Origin: Bacilli bacterium
GTDB lineage: Bacteria > Bacillota_I > Bacilli_A > RFN20 > CAG-288
Direction of reading: 5' to 3'
Length of the DNA: 39,693 nt
Assembly: GCA_022780765.1 (NCBI GenBank)
Contig: JALEUS010000094.1
Span: 1-39,693 of the forward strand
Part shown: piece by piece, positions 8,014 to 16,442 of the stretch
Position numbering within the stretch: the stretch's first letter is position 1
How the letters are laid out: every line of letters starts with the position of its first letter
The notes under the pieces: generated by a model
The model's database searches: none
What the model saw: the letters and a program-made list of their open reading frames with translations, nothing else
Told to the model about the DNA's origin: nothing
Made by a program: the position numbers and the translations under genes

Positions 8014-8946
8014 ATGGCAAACACATTGCACATTCCTGTTTTACTTGAGGAGGTTCTCTCTTTCGTTGACAGTAAAAAGAGCTATGTAGTACTCGATATG
8101 ACTTTAGGAAGAGGTGGTCATGCTGAGGAGATTTTAAAGAAAATTCCTTCAAACAGCCACTACTATGGAGTTGACAGAGATAGACAAGCTATTGAATATT
8201 GTCAACAGAATCTCAAGACAGATCGCAACATTGAGTTGTGTCTTATCCGTACTAATTTTTCAAAAGCTGTCGATATCGTCAGAGGATATGGTGAAAAAGG
8301 AGCTGATTTCATTTTAATGGATATCGGAGTATCTTCTCCGCAGTTTGATGATCCTTCACGTGGTTTCTCCTATCGTTTTGATTCTAAATTGGATATGAGA
8401 ATGAACAGAGACGATTTAATCTCCTGTTATGACATCATCAATTCGTACACAGAAGAGGAACTTGTCAAAATATTTTCAGAATATGGACAGTGTCACAATG
8501 CTAGAAGAGTAAGCAAAGAGATCGTCGAAAAGAGAAAAGAGAAAAAGATTGAGACCACATTTGAACTGGTAGACATCATCAAAGATGTCTTGCCAAAGAA
8601 GGAGTTAAATGCTGAAGGACATCCTTGCAAACAGTATTTTCTAGCTCTGAGATACGCAGTTAACAACGAGCTAGATGAGCTAAAAAAAGGAGTTGAAAAG
8701 GCTGTTAATTTCCTGAACAAAAATGGAAGACTTGCAGTGATATCTTTTAACTTTTTAGAAGATAAGATTGTAAAAAACACTCTTTCACCGTACATATCTA
8801 AAAAGAAAGTAGATAAGTATAAAAGAGAGGAAAAAGAGGATACATTCCATTATTTGACTAAAAAACCCATCGTTGCTCTAGATGAAGAGATAAAAAGAAA
8901 TCCTCGCAGCAGATCAGCGATAATGAGAGTGATTGAAAGGAGTTGA
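8014..8946 (+). CDS. rsmH: 16S rRNA m4C1402 methyltransferase
   Basis: HIPVLLEE, DMTLGRGGH, DIGVSSPQFD..RGFSY, LDMRM, NPRSRSA. Confidence 0.96.
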   Translation: MANTLHIPVLLEEVLSFVDSKKSYVVLDMTLGRGGHAEEILKKIPSNSHYYGVDRDRQAIEYCQQNLKTDRNIELCLIRTNFSKAVDIVRGYGEKGADFILMDIGVSSPQFDDPSRGFSYRFDSKLDMRMNRDDLISCYDIINSYTEEELVKIFSEYGQCHNARRVSKEIVEKRKEKKIETTFELVDIIKDVLPKKELNAEGHPCKQYFLALRYAVNNELDELKKGVEKAVNFLNKNGRLAVISFNFLEDKIVKNTLSPYISKKKVDKYKREEKEDTFHYLTKKPIVALDEEIKRNPRSRSAIMRVIERS

Positions 8947-8949
8947 AGC

Positions 8950-9150
8950 ATGAAAGACAGATTGAAAAGAACAAACACTAAAAAAGTATCTCACGCTTTA
9001 AAAAACACATCGATCATTTTCGGTGGAATATCGTTTTTGACAACGATATTGTTGACAATCTTTTTAGTAAACGTCAATATTTCAAACAACACACTGTCGG
9101 ATTCGATAGATAATTATCAGGTAGCTAAAGATAATACAAGAGAAGATTAA
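8950..9150 (+). CDS. Small single-pass membrane protein at the ftsL position
   Basis: Basic N-terminus, one hydrophobic helix, short tail; directly after mraZ-rsmH. Identity is inferred from position only. Confidence 0.55.
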   Translation: MKDRLKRTNTKKVSHALKNTSIIFGGISFLTTILLTIFLVNVNISNNTLSDSIDNYQVAKDNTRED

Positions 9151-9252
9151 AATCTCTATCTCTCACCCAGATGATGTTCGATACAGTTTAATAACTGTTT
9201 GTATACCTCCTGTTTTAAGTTATTCTTTACCTAATCAACCTTAAAACACGCG

Positions 9253-9295
9253 AAAAGATTACTGGTTTGAATCGTTGCCCAGTAATCTTTTTTTT
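9253..9295. terminator. Bidirectional terminator between convergent operons
   Basis: AAAAGATTACTGG / CCAGTAATCTTTT 13-bp stem flanked by A- and T-runs. Confidence 0.8.
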
Positions 9296-9299
9296 GATT

Positions 9300-11246
9300 T
9301 TACTCCATCAGATTTTTATCTTGATAAGTTCTCGTGACCTCTTTTTTCTGTATGTCTTTCTTTATTTTATTTACAAAGTCGTTGAAAGAGAGAGTCTCCG
9401 TCTTCTTCTGACCTAAGATCCTGTAGGTGACTGTTGAACTTTCAACTTCGCTGTTACCGATGACAACCGAGTATGATACTTTTTTTGTCAACGATTCTCT
9501 CATCCTGTAAGGAAGCTTCTCATTGCGATAGTCCACTTTAGATCTGATGTGCAAGTTTTCAAGTTTTTTGTTCAGTTTCTCAGCGTATTTTAACTGTTTT
9601 TCATCATCGGTTGAAACAGGGATGATCCTGCACTGCTCAGGTGCTAACCAGGTGGGGAAAGCTCCTTTGAAATGCTCAGTGATGACACCTACAAATCTTT
9701 CAATCGATCCGAAGATAGCGCGGTGTATCATGATAGGTTCTCTTTTCTTTCCGTCTTTGTCAACGTAAGATAGTTTGAATCTGTGAGGTAACTGCATATC
9801 TAACTGGATAGTGCCACACTGCCAGATTCTGTTCAATGAATCTTTGAATTTGAAATCAAGTTTAGGTCCGTAAAATGCTCCATCTCCCGGATTGATCTTG
9901 TAGGGGATATGATTGTCTTTAAGACACTCTTCAAGCTCTTTTTCAGCCTTGTTCCAGGTTGATATCTTACCTACGAATTTATCCAAAGGTCTGGTTGACA
10001 ATTCGATATGGTATGAGAGATTGAATCTCGAGTAGACCTCGTTATAGATTTTAAGAAGCCTTCTAATCTCTTCACCTATCTGATCCTCTCTTAAGAGAAT
10101 ATGAGCATCATCCTGAGTGAATGCTCTTACTCTGAACAATCCGTTTAAAGCTCCGGAAGCTTCATGTCTGTGAACATCACCTAGCTCAGCATATCTCAAA
10201 GGTAATTCTTTATATGAGTGAAGATCGTTTGCATAGACTAAGATTGCTCCTGGGCAGTTCATCGGTTTGATTGCAAAAGGTTGTTTGTCAATCTTGGTTA
10301 TGTACATGTTCTCTTTGTAGTGAGACCAGTGACCTGATGTCTCCCAGAGCTCTCTTGAAAGAATAGTAGGAGATTTGATGATCATGTAATCGTTTTTTAA
10401 GTGGAGATTGATCCAGTAGTTTTCAAGTTCTTTTCTTAAAATCATTCCATTAGGTAACCAGAATGGAAAACCTGGACCATAATCAGAGAGCATGAAGAGA
10501 TTCATGTTCTTTCCAATCTTCTTGTGATCGCATTCTTTTCTCTCTTCGAGAATTCTCAGATAGTTATCTAAATCTTCTTTTTTAAAGAAAGCAGTTCCGT
10601 AGATTCTTGTCAGAGAATCATTGTTCTTATCTCCTTTGAAATAACAGGAAGAGATGCTCAGAAGTTTGAAGGCTTTGATGACACCTGTAGATTTGACGTG
10701 CGGTCCTAAACAGAGATCTGAAAAATCTCCCTGAAAGTAGGCCGACAATTTCTTGTTCTCATCGTTTAGCTCTTCCATGTGTATGAGCTTGTACTTTTGA
10801 TTTTTAAATATCTCTCTTCCTTCTGAGATGGTTATCTCTCTTCTTTCGATAGGAAGATTCTCGTTTACAATCTTCTGCATCTCCTTTTCAATCTTAGGAA
10901 AATCCTCTATAGAGATGGTAGAAGAGGTCTTCAAGTCGTAATAAAAACCCTCTTCAGTAGCAGGTCCATATGCGAAAGATGCATCCGGATAGATGTGAGA
11001 TATTGCTTGAGCCATAAGATGAGCAGCAGAGTGATGAAGAATATCTAAAGCTTCCTTCATATCTTTTGTTATTGCTATAAGTTTGCAGTCATCAGTTATC
11101 TGATATGAGAGATCTTTCATCTCTGAGTTAACATAGACAGCAACAGCTTCTTTTGCTAAAGAAGAAGACAAACTTTTTAATGCTTCATATGCACTGATTT
11201 GGAAAGGAAACTCTTTTTTCTTTCGGTCCTTAAATTCGATAATCAT
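9300..11246 (-). CDS. thrS: Threonine--tRNA ligase
   Basis: TGS domain, HSAAHLMAQA, DLCLGPHV, KPMNCP, GLFRVRAFTQDDAH, GAFYGPK, HRAIFGSIERF. Confidence 0.97.
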   Translation of the reverse strand: MIIEFKDRKKKEFPFQISAYEALKSLSSSLAKEAVAVYVNSEMKDLSYQITDDCKLIAITKDMKEALDILHHSAAHLMAQAISHIYPDASFAYGPATEEGFYYDLKTSSTISIEDFPKIEKEMQKIVNENLPIERREITISEGREIFKNQKYKLIHMEELNDENKKLSAYFQGDFSDLCLGPHVKSTGVIKAFKLLSISSCYFKGDKNNDSLTRIYGTAFFKKEDLDNYLRILEERKECDHKKIGKNMNLFMLSDYGPGFPFWLPNGMILRKELENYWINLHLKNDYMIIKSPTILSRELWETSGHWSHYKENMYITKIDKQPFAIKPMNCPGAILVYANDLHSYKELPLRYAELGDVHRHEASGALNGLFRVRAFTQDDAHILLREDQIGEEIRRLLKIYNEVYSRFNLSYHIELSTRPLDKFVGKISTWNKAEKELEECLKDNHIPYKINPGDGAFYGPKLDFKFKDSLNRIWQCGTIQLDMQLPHRFKLSYVDKDGKKREPIMIHRAIFGSIERFVGVITEHFKGAFPTWLAPEQCRIIPVSTDDEKQLKYAEKLNKKLENLHIRSKVDYRNEKLPYRMRESLTKKVSYSVVIGNSEVESSTVTYRILGQKKTETLSFNDFVNKIKKDIQKKEVTRTYQDKNLME

Positions 11247-11261
11247 ATTATTCTCCTAATT

Positions 11262-12128
11262 TTATAAGACTAATGAAGAAGCACCCATCACTCCGATATC
11301 CTGATCAAATTGAGGAACCGCAATTTTGATAGGATTCAGTTTGAATGAAGAGATGCTCGCATTAGAGATCTTTTCAAGATCATTTAAAAACAGATCTCTG
11401 GATTTCATAACTCCGCCAGAGACAGAGTATCTTTGAACATTGAACAACAACTGAAGATTGCTGAAGAATAAGGATAGTCTTTTGATCCATTTTTCATACA
11501 CTCTCTTTGCTAGATTATCTCCGCTTCGGTAAAGATCAAAGAATTCTTTAGCGTTCTTGACATAGAGTTCATTTTTTTCACACAGAACAACAAGTCCGTT
11601 ACCAGATAAGAGATGCTCAGCTTCATAAAACTCGTGATCGTATTCAATTATTTGTCTACCTACTTCAAAGGAAGCATCTATCATCTGATTGTTTATGACA
11701 AGTCCTCCTCCGATACCTGTTGAGATAGTGATGAAGATAGAATCTTTGACATCTTTGTTTGAACCGAAACGACTTTCAAAAAGTGCAGAACAGTTAGCAT
11801 CGTTAGCTATTCTTATATTATCGATACCAACGAACTCTTTTTTCAAAGCATCGTAGAGAGGAAAGTTACCCAAGATAGAGAGATTTCCACATTTTCCTAT
11901 CACATTGTCTTTGACAACACCGCATATAGAAACACCGATGCCTCTGATTTCATCAAGATAATCTTTCGATACTTCTTTTGCAAATTCTATTGCTTTCTTA
12001 AGTAAAAGAGGTGGATTGTCACTGATAGTAGCGTCTTTGATCTGTCTGACTATTTTTAGATCTTCACTGATGATAGCAGCTCTTAAATTTGTTCCTCCCA
12101 TATCGAGAGCAAGAACTTTATCTTTCAT
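11262..12128 (-). CDS. ROK-family sugar kinase (glucokinase-like)
   Basis: LDMGGTN, NDANCSALFE, ISTGIGGG, SGGV; SD GGAGG 7 nt before ATG 12128. Confidence 0.85.
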   Translation of the reverse strand: MKDKVLALDMGGTNLRAAIISEDLKIVRQIKDATISDNPPLLLKKAIEFAKEVSKDYLDEIRGIGVSICGVVKDNVIGKCGNLSILGNFPLYDALKKEFVGIDNIRIANDANCSALFESRFGSNKDVKDSIFITISTGIGGGLVINNQMIDASFEVGRQIIEYDHEFYEAEHLLSGNGLVVLCEKNELYVKNAKEFFDLYRSGDNLAKRVYEKWIKRLSLFFSNLQLLFNVQRYSVSGGVMKSRDLFLNDLEKISNASISSFKLNPIKIAVPQFDQDIGVMGASSLVL

Positions 12129-12130
12129 TT

Positions 12131-13603
12131 TCAATCCTCCTTTCTGGATATGTATTTATCTTTAGATGGAACAGTGATAACTTTCATAAAATTGGTATTT
12201 CCACTGCCTATTAAAGTACCACCTGTAACTATTATTCTATCACCAACATTTAAATTATAGTCTTTTGAAATTTTGATTGCTAAAACTTCCATCTCTTCAG
12301 CAAACTGTGGAAGAGTTTTAACATGATATGGATAGCATCCGTAGTAGAGCATGACATGTTTTAAAGTATCTATCTCGTTTGAGACAACAAATGTCGGACA
12401 TACAGGACGGGTCCTTGCAATTCTCATGGCAGTAGCACCAGAAGAGGATATAGTAAGAATCATTTTTGCATCGATAATAGCCGCTGTCTCACTGACTGCG
12501 TTTGCAATTGCATCGCTTATGGTCTTATCAGAGTTTCTAAAAGCAGTACTTCTTGACTCATCGTAGTCAAACTGTTTTTCGATTGCCAGAGCAATTCTGC
12601 TCTGCATCTGAACTGATTCAGCTGGATAGATTCCGTTTGCTGATTCTCCTGAGAGCATGACAGCATCAGTTCCTTCCTCAATTGCCCAAGCCACATCTGA
12701 TACTTCAGCACGAGTGGGGATAGGATTTCTTATCATAGAATCGAGCATCTGTGTAGCAGTGATAACTGGTTTTCCATAATGCCTGCAGAGATGAATTATC
12801 TTTTTTTGATAAACTGGCACAAGTTCAGCAGGTATCTCTATACCTAAATCGCCTCTTGCTACCATTACACCATCGCTTTCTCTGATAACAGATTCAAGAT
12901 TCTCTATAGCTTCTGTATTTTCGATTTTAGAGATGATAGAGATGTTTTTACCACCGTTTGAATCAAGAAGTGTTCTGATATCTTTGATGTCATTTGCATT
13001 TCTGACAAATGATGCAAAAACAAAATCAACATGTTGTTGACAACCGAAGACTAGATCATCGATATCCTGCTTTGAAAGATACGGCATTGTAAGGTGAGCT
13101 TGAGGACAGTTGACACCCCTTCTATCTTTGCAGACATGATCGTTTCTCACCTCGCAAATAAGTGTTCTGTCTTTTTTGTTTTTTTCAACAATCAAAAGTT
13201 CTAAATTTCCATCATCTAGACGTAGAACAGTGTTTTCAATAGCATCTTCAAACAGGTTAGGATATGTGACGCCAAAGCAAGTGTTATCTCCTAATTCGTC
13301 TGCTTTCATCTTTATGGTGACTTTTGTTCCTCTTTTGAAATCAGCAAAACCGCCTTTAAAGCACCCTGTCCTTATTTCCGGACCTTTTGTATCTAAAGCT
13401 ATAGGAATTATCACACCCTCTTCTCTTTCAGTCTCTCTTAAAGTGTTTATCTTTTTCAGATGTTCTTCATGTGAGCCGTGTGAAAAATTCAATCTCATGC
13501 AAGTCATTCCATTAGCAATCAATTTTTTTAATGTCTCTTTATCTTGACTAGATGGACCGATTGTAGCAACTATTTTTGTTTTTTTACTGATTAAATAATT
13601 CAT
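12131..13603 (-). CDS. pyk: Pyruvate kinase
   Basis: TKIVATIGPS, RLNFSHG, LDTKGPEIRTG, MVARGDLGIE, ATQMLDSM, PTRAEVSDV. Confidence 0.97.
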   Translation of the reverse strand: MNYLISKKTKIVATIGPSSQDKETLKKLIANGMTCMRLNFSHGSHEEHLKKINTLRETEREEGVIIPIALDTKGPEIRTGCFKGGFADFKRGTKVTIKMKADELGDNTCFGVTYPNLFEDAIENTVLRLDDGNLELLIVEKNKKDRTLICEVRNDHVCKDRRGVNCPQAHLTMPYLSKQDIDDLVFGCQQHVDFVFASFVRNANDIKDIRTLLDSNGGKNISIISKIENTEAIENLESVIRESDGVMVARGDLGIEIPAELVPVYQKKIIHLCRHYGKPVITATQMLDSMIRNPIPTRAEVSDVAWAIEEGTDAVMLSGESANGIYPAESVQMQSRIALAIEKQFDYDESRSTAFRNSDKTISDAIANAVSETAAIIDAKMILTISSSGATAMRIARTRPVCPTFVVSNEIDTLKHVMLYYGCYPYHVKTLPQFAEEMEVLAIKISKDYNLNVGDRIIVTGGTLIGSGNTNFMKVITVPSKDKYISRKED

Positions 13604-13629
13604 TAAATACATCTCCAAAATCAACAATA

Positions 13630-13638
13630 ATTATACCA
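13630..13638 (-). promoter_or_regulatory. Extended -10 for pyk operon
   Basis: TGGTATAAT on the minus strand upstream of the pyk SD. Confidence 0.55.
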
Positions 13639-13743
13639 CTCGTATATATTCTTTCTTGCTAAATATAGAAAATTATTGTAATAAAGCATGTAAATCAAGC
13701 ATATTTAATTAAATTTTTACAAACAGAAAATGAACACAGAAAA

Positions 13744-13752
13744 TGTTATAAT
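13744..13752 (+). promoter_or_regulatory. Extended -10 positioned for a leaderless transcript
   Basis: TGTTATAAT followed by 6 nt, then ATG 13759; no SD. Confidence 0.55.
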
Positions 13753-13758
13753 TAAAAG

Positions 13759-15012
13759 ATGGAAAAAATATCTGCTGATTACTTTTTTTCGATAAAAAAG
13801 AGTTTTGTTTTATCATCGGAGGATCGAGAAGTTTTATCTTTCATGTATCTTCCTATCATAAAAAAAGAAGCTTTCTCTCTGTATCTGTTTCTATGTGATC
13901 TTTACAATTTGCAAAATTGTGCATGCTTTATAAATGGAAGAAGTTTTTTTGAACAGAATGGTTTTTTTCAAGATGATGTTTGCGATTCCATAAAAAGATT
14001 GGAAGCTATACATCTGATGAAGACATACTTGAAAAAAAACAGTAAAAACAGCGATGCGGAGTATATCTTTTATCTTTATAAACCTTATAGCGTCACCGAA
14101 TTTTTCTTGGATCCTCTCTTCTCATCCCTTTTAAAATCTGTTGTCGATGAAAAGTATCTCACACAGCTTAGAATTCATTTCAACTACACTGAGAAAAAAG
14201 ATATCGACTCTTCATACGTCGATATAAGCAGCAAGTTTCATGAGGTTTTTACTCTCCCTGAGATAAAAAACGACACTCTTTTTGTCGACTATAATCCTGA
14301 AAGCAAACGTCCAACTGGCTTTGATATCGATTCACTAAAAGAAGAACTGAACGCTTTAAACGTTCCTTTTCCAGCTATTGAAAAAAATATCGATGTTATC
14401 AAGAATGTTCATTCTTTATATGGTTGTGATACTAGGACTTTGGCTAGCTACATTCAGCAGTCTTTCTCTTTGAGCACGATGAGATTAGATTGCACAGCTT
14501 TTGAAAATCTAGCAAAGATCAACTGTGTCTTTGTTGGTAAAACAGGTTTTTCAAACAAGAGTGAGGAAAGCAGGTTTGAAGATAAGAAACACTACAGCAG
14601 TAAATATCATTCGCTGATAGAGTTCTTCTCAACCAAGTACTGTCAAGGCAAGAAGCTTAGCAAGTATCAACTATCTACTTTACAGTCTGTCTCTTCTCTT
14701 TATCCAGAGTTAGAAAATATTGCACTCATGTACGTTATCGATTATGTGATGGGAAAGACAGATGGCATTTTAAATGAAAAGTTTCTTTTCGGTGTCTGCG
14801 ATTCTTTAAGAAGCAATAATATTTATAAGTTTGACGATGTTCAGAAGTTTTTGACTGATTTTGAACAGAGAAAGAATGAAAAGAGAACAGTGAAAAGAAA
14901 AAGAGATGACAACATAGAGAAGAAAGAGAATAAAAAACAAGGATTTGAGAATCAGATTGATGATGACGACTTGTTTAAGATGATGTTAGAAGATCTGAAA
15001 AAGGGAAGATAG
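13759..15012 (+). CDS. dnaB: Firmicutes-type DnaB/DnaD-family replication initiation (helicase-loading) protein
   Basis: N-terminal VLSFMYLPII..EAFSLYLFL, RLEAIHLMKTY, FFLDPLFSSLL resemble Bacillus-type DnaB; upstream of a dnaI-like gene. Confidence 0.75.
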   Translation: MEKISADYFFSIKKSFVLSSEDREVLSFMYLPIIKKEAFSLYLFLCDLYNLQNCACFINGRSFFEQNGFFQDDVCDSIKRLEAIHLMKTYLKKNSKNSDAEYIFYLYKPYSVTEFFLDPLFSSLLKSVVDEKYLTQLRIHFNYTEKKDIDSSYVDISSKFHEVFTLPEIKNDTLFVDYNPESKRPTGFDIDSLKEELNALNVPFPAIEKNIDVIKNVHSLYGCDTRTLASYIQQSFSLSTMRLDCTAFENLAKINCVFVGKTGFSNKSEESRFEDKKHYSSKYHSLIEFFSTKYCQGKKLSKYQLSTLQSVSSLYPELENIALMYVIDYVMGKTDGILNEKFLFGVCDSLRSNNIYKFDDVQKFLTDFEQRKNEKRTVKRKRDDNIEKKENKKQGFENQIDDDDLFKMMLEDLKKGR

Positions 15013-15019
15013 AAAAATT

Positions 15020-15976
15020 ATGAGTGATAACAATAATTTATTCAATATCGATGAGAGTTTGATTTCTTCTCTGTCTTTGTCATCTGCCGAGATAGAAAAG
15101 TTAGAAAGTGAGATTGCTAGACTTGAGAAAAGAGATATAGAAGGTGAAAAGATAATAAAAGATGTTTTATTTAATCTCAAGATGAGTAGAGAGGATTACA
15201 TAAAGAACATCGGTTTCTTCTACAGCTTTTTAAAAGGAAGAGAAGAGTGTATTGGATGTCAAGAGAAAAATCACTTCTTCTGCAAAAAGAAGAAGAACAA
15301 AGGAGTTATTCCAACTCTGATTGTAGATAATATGTACAAATATTTTCGTATCGGTGACACCTACTGCGAAGCAAAACTTTCTTTTGATGAGAGAATGAAA
15401 CAAGATCTTCTTTTCACTTCTTTAGATAGAGGTGATCTGGTTGAATACTACAGACAGGTAGATAACGATATAAAAAATGATGTGATGTCGATCAATGAGA
15501 AGACAATAATTGTCAATATTATGTACATGTTAAGAAGAATTAAGAAGGAACAGTACAATAAATCTTTTGTTCTCAACTACAATCATATTCTTGATAAGAA
15601 GTATTCTAATCCTGAAAAGCTTTTCTCTTACTTGATTGTAGATCAGCTTTTAAACAGTTCTTTGAGCATCTCATATTATGATTTTTCAGATGAGACGATG
15701 TCAGATTTATCAAGTGACACAAACTATTATCATGATTTTCAAACTGGTTTGAAAAGCGATATCTGTTTTATCAATAACTGTGACTGCCGTCCTCAATACA
15801 TCCCACAGTTTTTAAAAATTCATCTTCCTGAGATATTAAAAAAGAGAGAAGAGAAAGGAAAACTTTCTATCTTCTATTTTTCAAAGACCGATAAACATAT
15901 CAGCTTTTTAAAAGATAAACTTAATGGTTCTCTATCTGAGATAGAGATAAAAGAAATTTTTAATAATTTATTTTAG
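15020..15976 (+). CDS. Highly divergent DnaI-like helicase loader (Walker motifs degenerate)
   Basis: Position after dnaB, DnaI-like size, N-terminal CxxC..C..C, C-terminal LKSDICFINN and LPEILKKREEKGKLSIF resembling the DnaI/IstB core; no GxxGxGK[ST]. Confidence 0.55.
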   Translation: MSDNNNLFNIDESLISSLSLSSAEIEKLESEIARLEKRDIEGEKIIKDVLFNLKMSREDYIKNIGFFYSFLKGREECIGCQEKNHFFCKKKKNKGVIPTLIVDNMYKYFRIGDTYCEAKLSFDERMKQDLLFTSLDRGDLVEYYRQVDNDIKNDVMSINEKTIIVNIMYMLRRIKKEQYNKSFVLNYNHILDKKYSNPEKLFSYLIVDQLLNSSLSISYYDFSDETMSDLSSDTNYYHDFQTGLKSDICFINNCDCRPQYIPQFLKIHLPEILKKREEKGKLSIFYFSKTDKHISFLKDKLNGSLSEIEIKEIFNNLF

Positions 15977-16022
15977 AAAAATCATCTCTTCTGACTAAAT
16001 AAGTGTTGAAGGAGATCAGTTT

Positions 16023-16442
16023 ATGTATTTACAAAATGGAGAAGGAAATTGTGCCAAAGCCTGCATAATCAACGTTCTTATCGATCAGTTTAAAGATGAG
16101 AAAATGGCTTTAACTTATGTGGATCCTAGCATCAAAGATCTGTTATCGATAAAAAAGGAGTTAAGCAAACACTCTTTGAATTATCAAGGGTATGAGGTTG
16201 ATTCATTATCTGAGATAACTGAGGATAATCTTCCTGCTGTATGTCATATAAATTATGGAAGAAACGATCACTTTGTTCTTCTTAAGAAGATAGGGAAAAA
16301 GACAGTGACTATCATTGATCCAGACAATGGAGTGATCAAACTTAAGAAAGATGAGTTTTTAAATGTGTTTTTGCGCAGAATACTCCTTAAAGAGAACAGA
16401 GTAAAGGATGAGAGAAACAATTTAAATTTTTTTCTAAATTAG
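16023..16442 (+). CDS. Peptidase C39 domain (N-terminal part of a frameshifted gene)
   Basis: Q...NCAKAC, LPAVCHI, DHFVLL, IIDPDNG: catalytic Cys/His/Asp pattern of C39. Confidence 0.8.
   Translation: MYLQNGEGNCAKACIINVLIDQFKDEKMALTYVDPSIKDLLSIKKELSKHSLNYQGYEVDSLSEITEDNLPAVCHINYGRNDHFVLLKKIGKKTVTIIDPDNGVIKLKKDEFLNVFLRRILLKENRVKDERNNLNFFLN

Noticed and set aside
9151-9295. tRNA, 6S RNA or T-box assignment
   Set aside because: No cloverleaf, long 6S-like rod or T-box consensus could be discerned.
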